Shown here: one piece after another, positions 42,296 to 43,283 of the stretch
Layout of the letters: each line of letters begins with the position of its first letter
Numbering within the stretch: position 1 is the first letter of the stretch
Virus record (IMG/VR): IMGVR_UViG_3300045988_059686
Coordinates: 1-43,283 of that record
Source of the DNA: a virus
Length of the DNA: 43,283 bases
Reading direction: 5' to 3' (one strand)
Notes under the pieces: generated by a model
The model's input: the letters and a program-made list of their open reading frames with translations, nothing else
What the model was told of the DNA's origin: nothing
Database searches by the model: none
Made by a program: the position numbers and the translations under genes

Positions 42296-42948
42296 TTGCC
42301 CTCCCGGAGCCGGTCAAGCCCCTTTTTCGCAATGATTTTAGCGTAGTCCTTGTAGGGCACCGACAAGTCCACATCACCGGATACGCCCGGAATCTTGCCC
42401 TTGTTGGTGTACTGCCACAAGCCGAACGGCCAGCCCGGTTCAGGCTTCTTGCTGCGGTAGGCTGCCAGCCACACGTCATACGGCTTGAGCGCAGCGCCGG
42501 TCATGTACAGGTTATCACGGCCAAAGTAAAGCCCGGTGTACAGAATGGCGTAAAAGCCCCAGCGCTCCACCGTGCCCAGCGCGTGGGCGGCAATGTCCGT
42601 CAGGGTCTGCTTGTCGAGCGGGGCTTGCACATAGTTGTCCTCAATGTCCACCGCAACAGGTAGCTGCACTGTCTTGCCGGTCAGCACCTTGCGCAGCAGG
42701 GCAAGCTCCGCGTCAGCCTCTGCCGTGTTGACCGCCTTGCAGTAGTAGTACACGCCGCAGGGGATGCCCAGCCGCTGGCACTCGGCGTAGTTGCGCTCAA
42801 AGGCGGGGTCAATGTAGGGCTTGCTGGGCGCGTCTTTGGCGCTGTTGCCCAGTGCCCGCAGCATCACGCCGGAGACAAGGCCGCTTGCCTTGACCTTGTC
42901 CCAGTCGATGCTGCCCTGCCAGCGGGAAACGTCCATGATAGGGAGCAT
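42292..42948 (-). CDS. Endolysin, GH25 muramidase
   Basis: Contains DVSRWQGSIDWDKV, GIPCGVYYY, VAVDIEDN, WLAAY and LWQYTNKGKIPGVSGDVDLS. Confidence 0.85.
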   Translation of the reverse strand: MLPIMDVSRWQGSIDWDKVKASGLVSGVMLRALGNSAKDAPSKPYIDPAFERNYAECQRLGIPCGVYYYCKAVNTAEADAELALLRKVLTGKTVQLPVAVDIEDNYVQAPLDKQTLTDIAAHALGTVERWGFYAILYTGLYFGRDNLYMTGAALKPYDVWLAAYRSKKPEPGWPFGLWQYTNKGKIPGVSGDVDLSVPYKDYAKIIAKKGLDRLREGK

Positions 42949-43002
42949 GTTATCAGTCCTTTCTTTTTATGTTGGTGAATAGTCAAATAAAGCCATCTTT
43001 AG

Positions 43003-43106
43003 TTAATTACAACATTTCCATTTCAGGTTGCACACCTTTTCACGCTTGCGGGCTTGATTCATAGCGTTTGCAGAAGCGGCAATAATGCCGCACATAGGTA
43101 CAGCCA
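43003..43106 (-). CDS. Small Cys-containing ORF, short allele (34 aa); its first 29 codons are identical to 36867..37034
   Basis: Hand translation: MAVPMCGIIAASANAMNQARKREKVCNLKWKCCN. The same start codon appears at 84..86 at the window start. Confidence 0.3.
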
Positions 43107-43283
43107 TGATATCCTCCTTACTGCGTGATTTCCTCGAAGCCGCTCTTGACGAGAATGTCCTTCACCTTCGGCTTCAGCAGACGAGGGCAACGCGCATACA
43201 GAGCCTTTGCCTCCTCCATAGTCTCAGCGGACATAATTTCCTGTGCCCATAACATCGCCATCATAAGTACCATCCTTTCGATT
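43021..43283. repeat. 263-bp exact repeat, terminal copy (same locus as 1..263 if the genome is circular)
   Basis: Identical to 1..263. Confidence 0.95.

Noticed and set aside
36948-43283. The 263-bp repeats as ends of a transposon/IS or as att sites of a nested mobile element
   Set aside because: The repeats are direct, not inverted, and they consist of ordinary coding sequence (the end of the XkdX-like gene plus the start of a small ORF). The enclosed segment has no transposase or recombinase. The RT is a DGR type, not a mobility RT.
43021-43283. Additional gene copies at the right end of the window
   Set aside because: This stretch is the same sequence as 1..263, because the window overlaps itself. 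I count it as one locus of a closed genome, not as separate genes.

Overview
The window is one complete temperate siphovirus-type phage genome. Positions 1..263 are identical to 43021..43283, so the unit length is 43,020 bp and the sequence is circular or terminally redundant. The gene content looks like a high-GC Firmicutes/Clostridia phage.

Gene layout:
- Almost all genes are on the minus strand, packed with ATGA/TAATG overlaps.
- 26553 down to 17337: early, recombination and replication genes. These include a cro-like HTH, a Rha/KilAC antirepressor, RecT, SSB, a replisome organizer, a PAPS-reductase-like protein, RusA and a late regulator.
- 16650 down to 16206: a tRNA and structured-RNA island.
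- 16043 down to 449: packaging, head and tail genes (TerS, TerL, portal, MuF-like, scaffold, capsid, connectors, major tail, chaperones, tape measure, Dit, Tal).
- Across the circle junction: GH25 lysin, a membrane protein and an LL-H-type holin.
- 32187..35374: a moron cluster next to attP.
- 27127..31913, plus strand: a lysogeny module with two XRE regulators, a low-GC accessory island and a tyrosine integrase. It is followed by an attP candidate carrying the 3' half of a tRNA-Thr.

Main finding: a complete diversity-generating retroelement (DGR).
- The 98-bp template repeat (38863..38960) and variable repeat (39077..39174) differ only at template adenines.
- The variable repeat forms the last 32 codons of an 838-aa collagen-like tail fibre.
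- The adjacent reverse transcriptase has YMDD and IGxxxSQ motifs but is split by an apparent 1-nt frameshift.
- I found no Avd-like ORF.

Second-order observations:
- A third exact copy of the 263-bp repeat (36948..37210) makes direct repeats around the 5.8-kb lysis + DGR-fibre cassette.
- A relic tail-fibre N-terminus is fused to an XkdX-like ORF directly after Tal.
- There are two degenerate tRNA-like elements and a terminator-capped structured RNA.
- A consensus promoter drives a roughly 300-nt structured non-coding transcript in the immunity region.
- There is a repeat-rich 400-bp non-coding gap in the early operon.
- There is a pentapeptide-like repeat protein.
- RusA is also frameshifted.

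All family assignments come from reading the translations. No database search was run.
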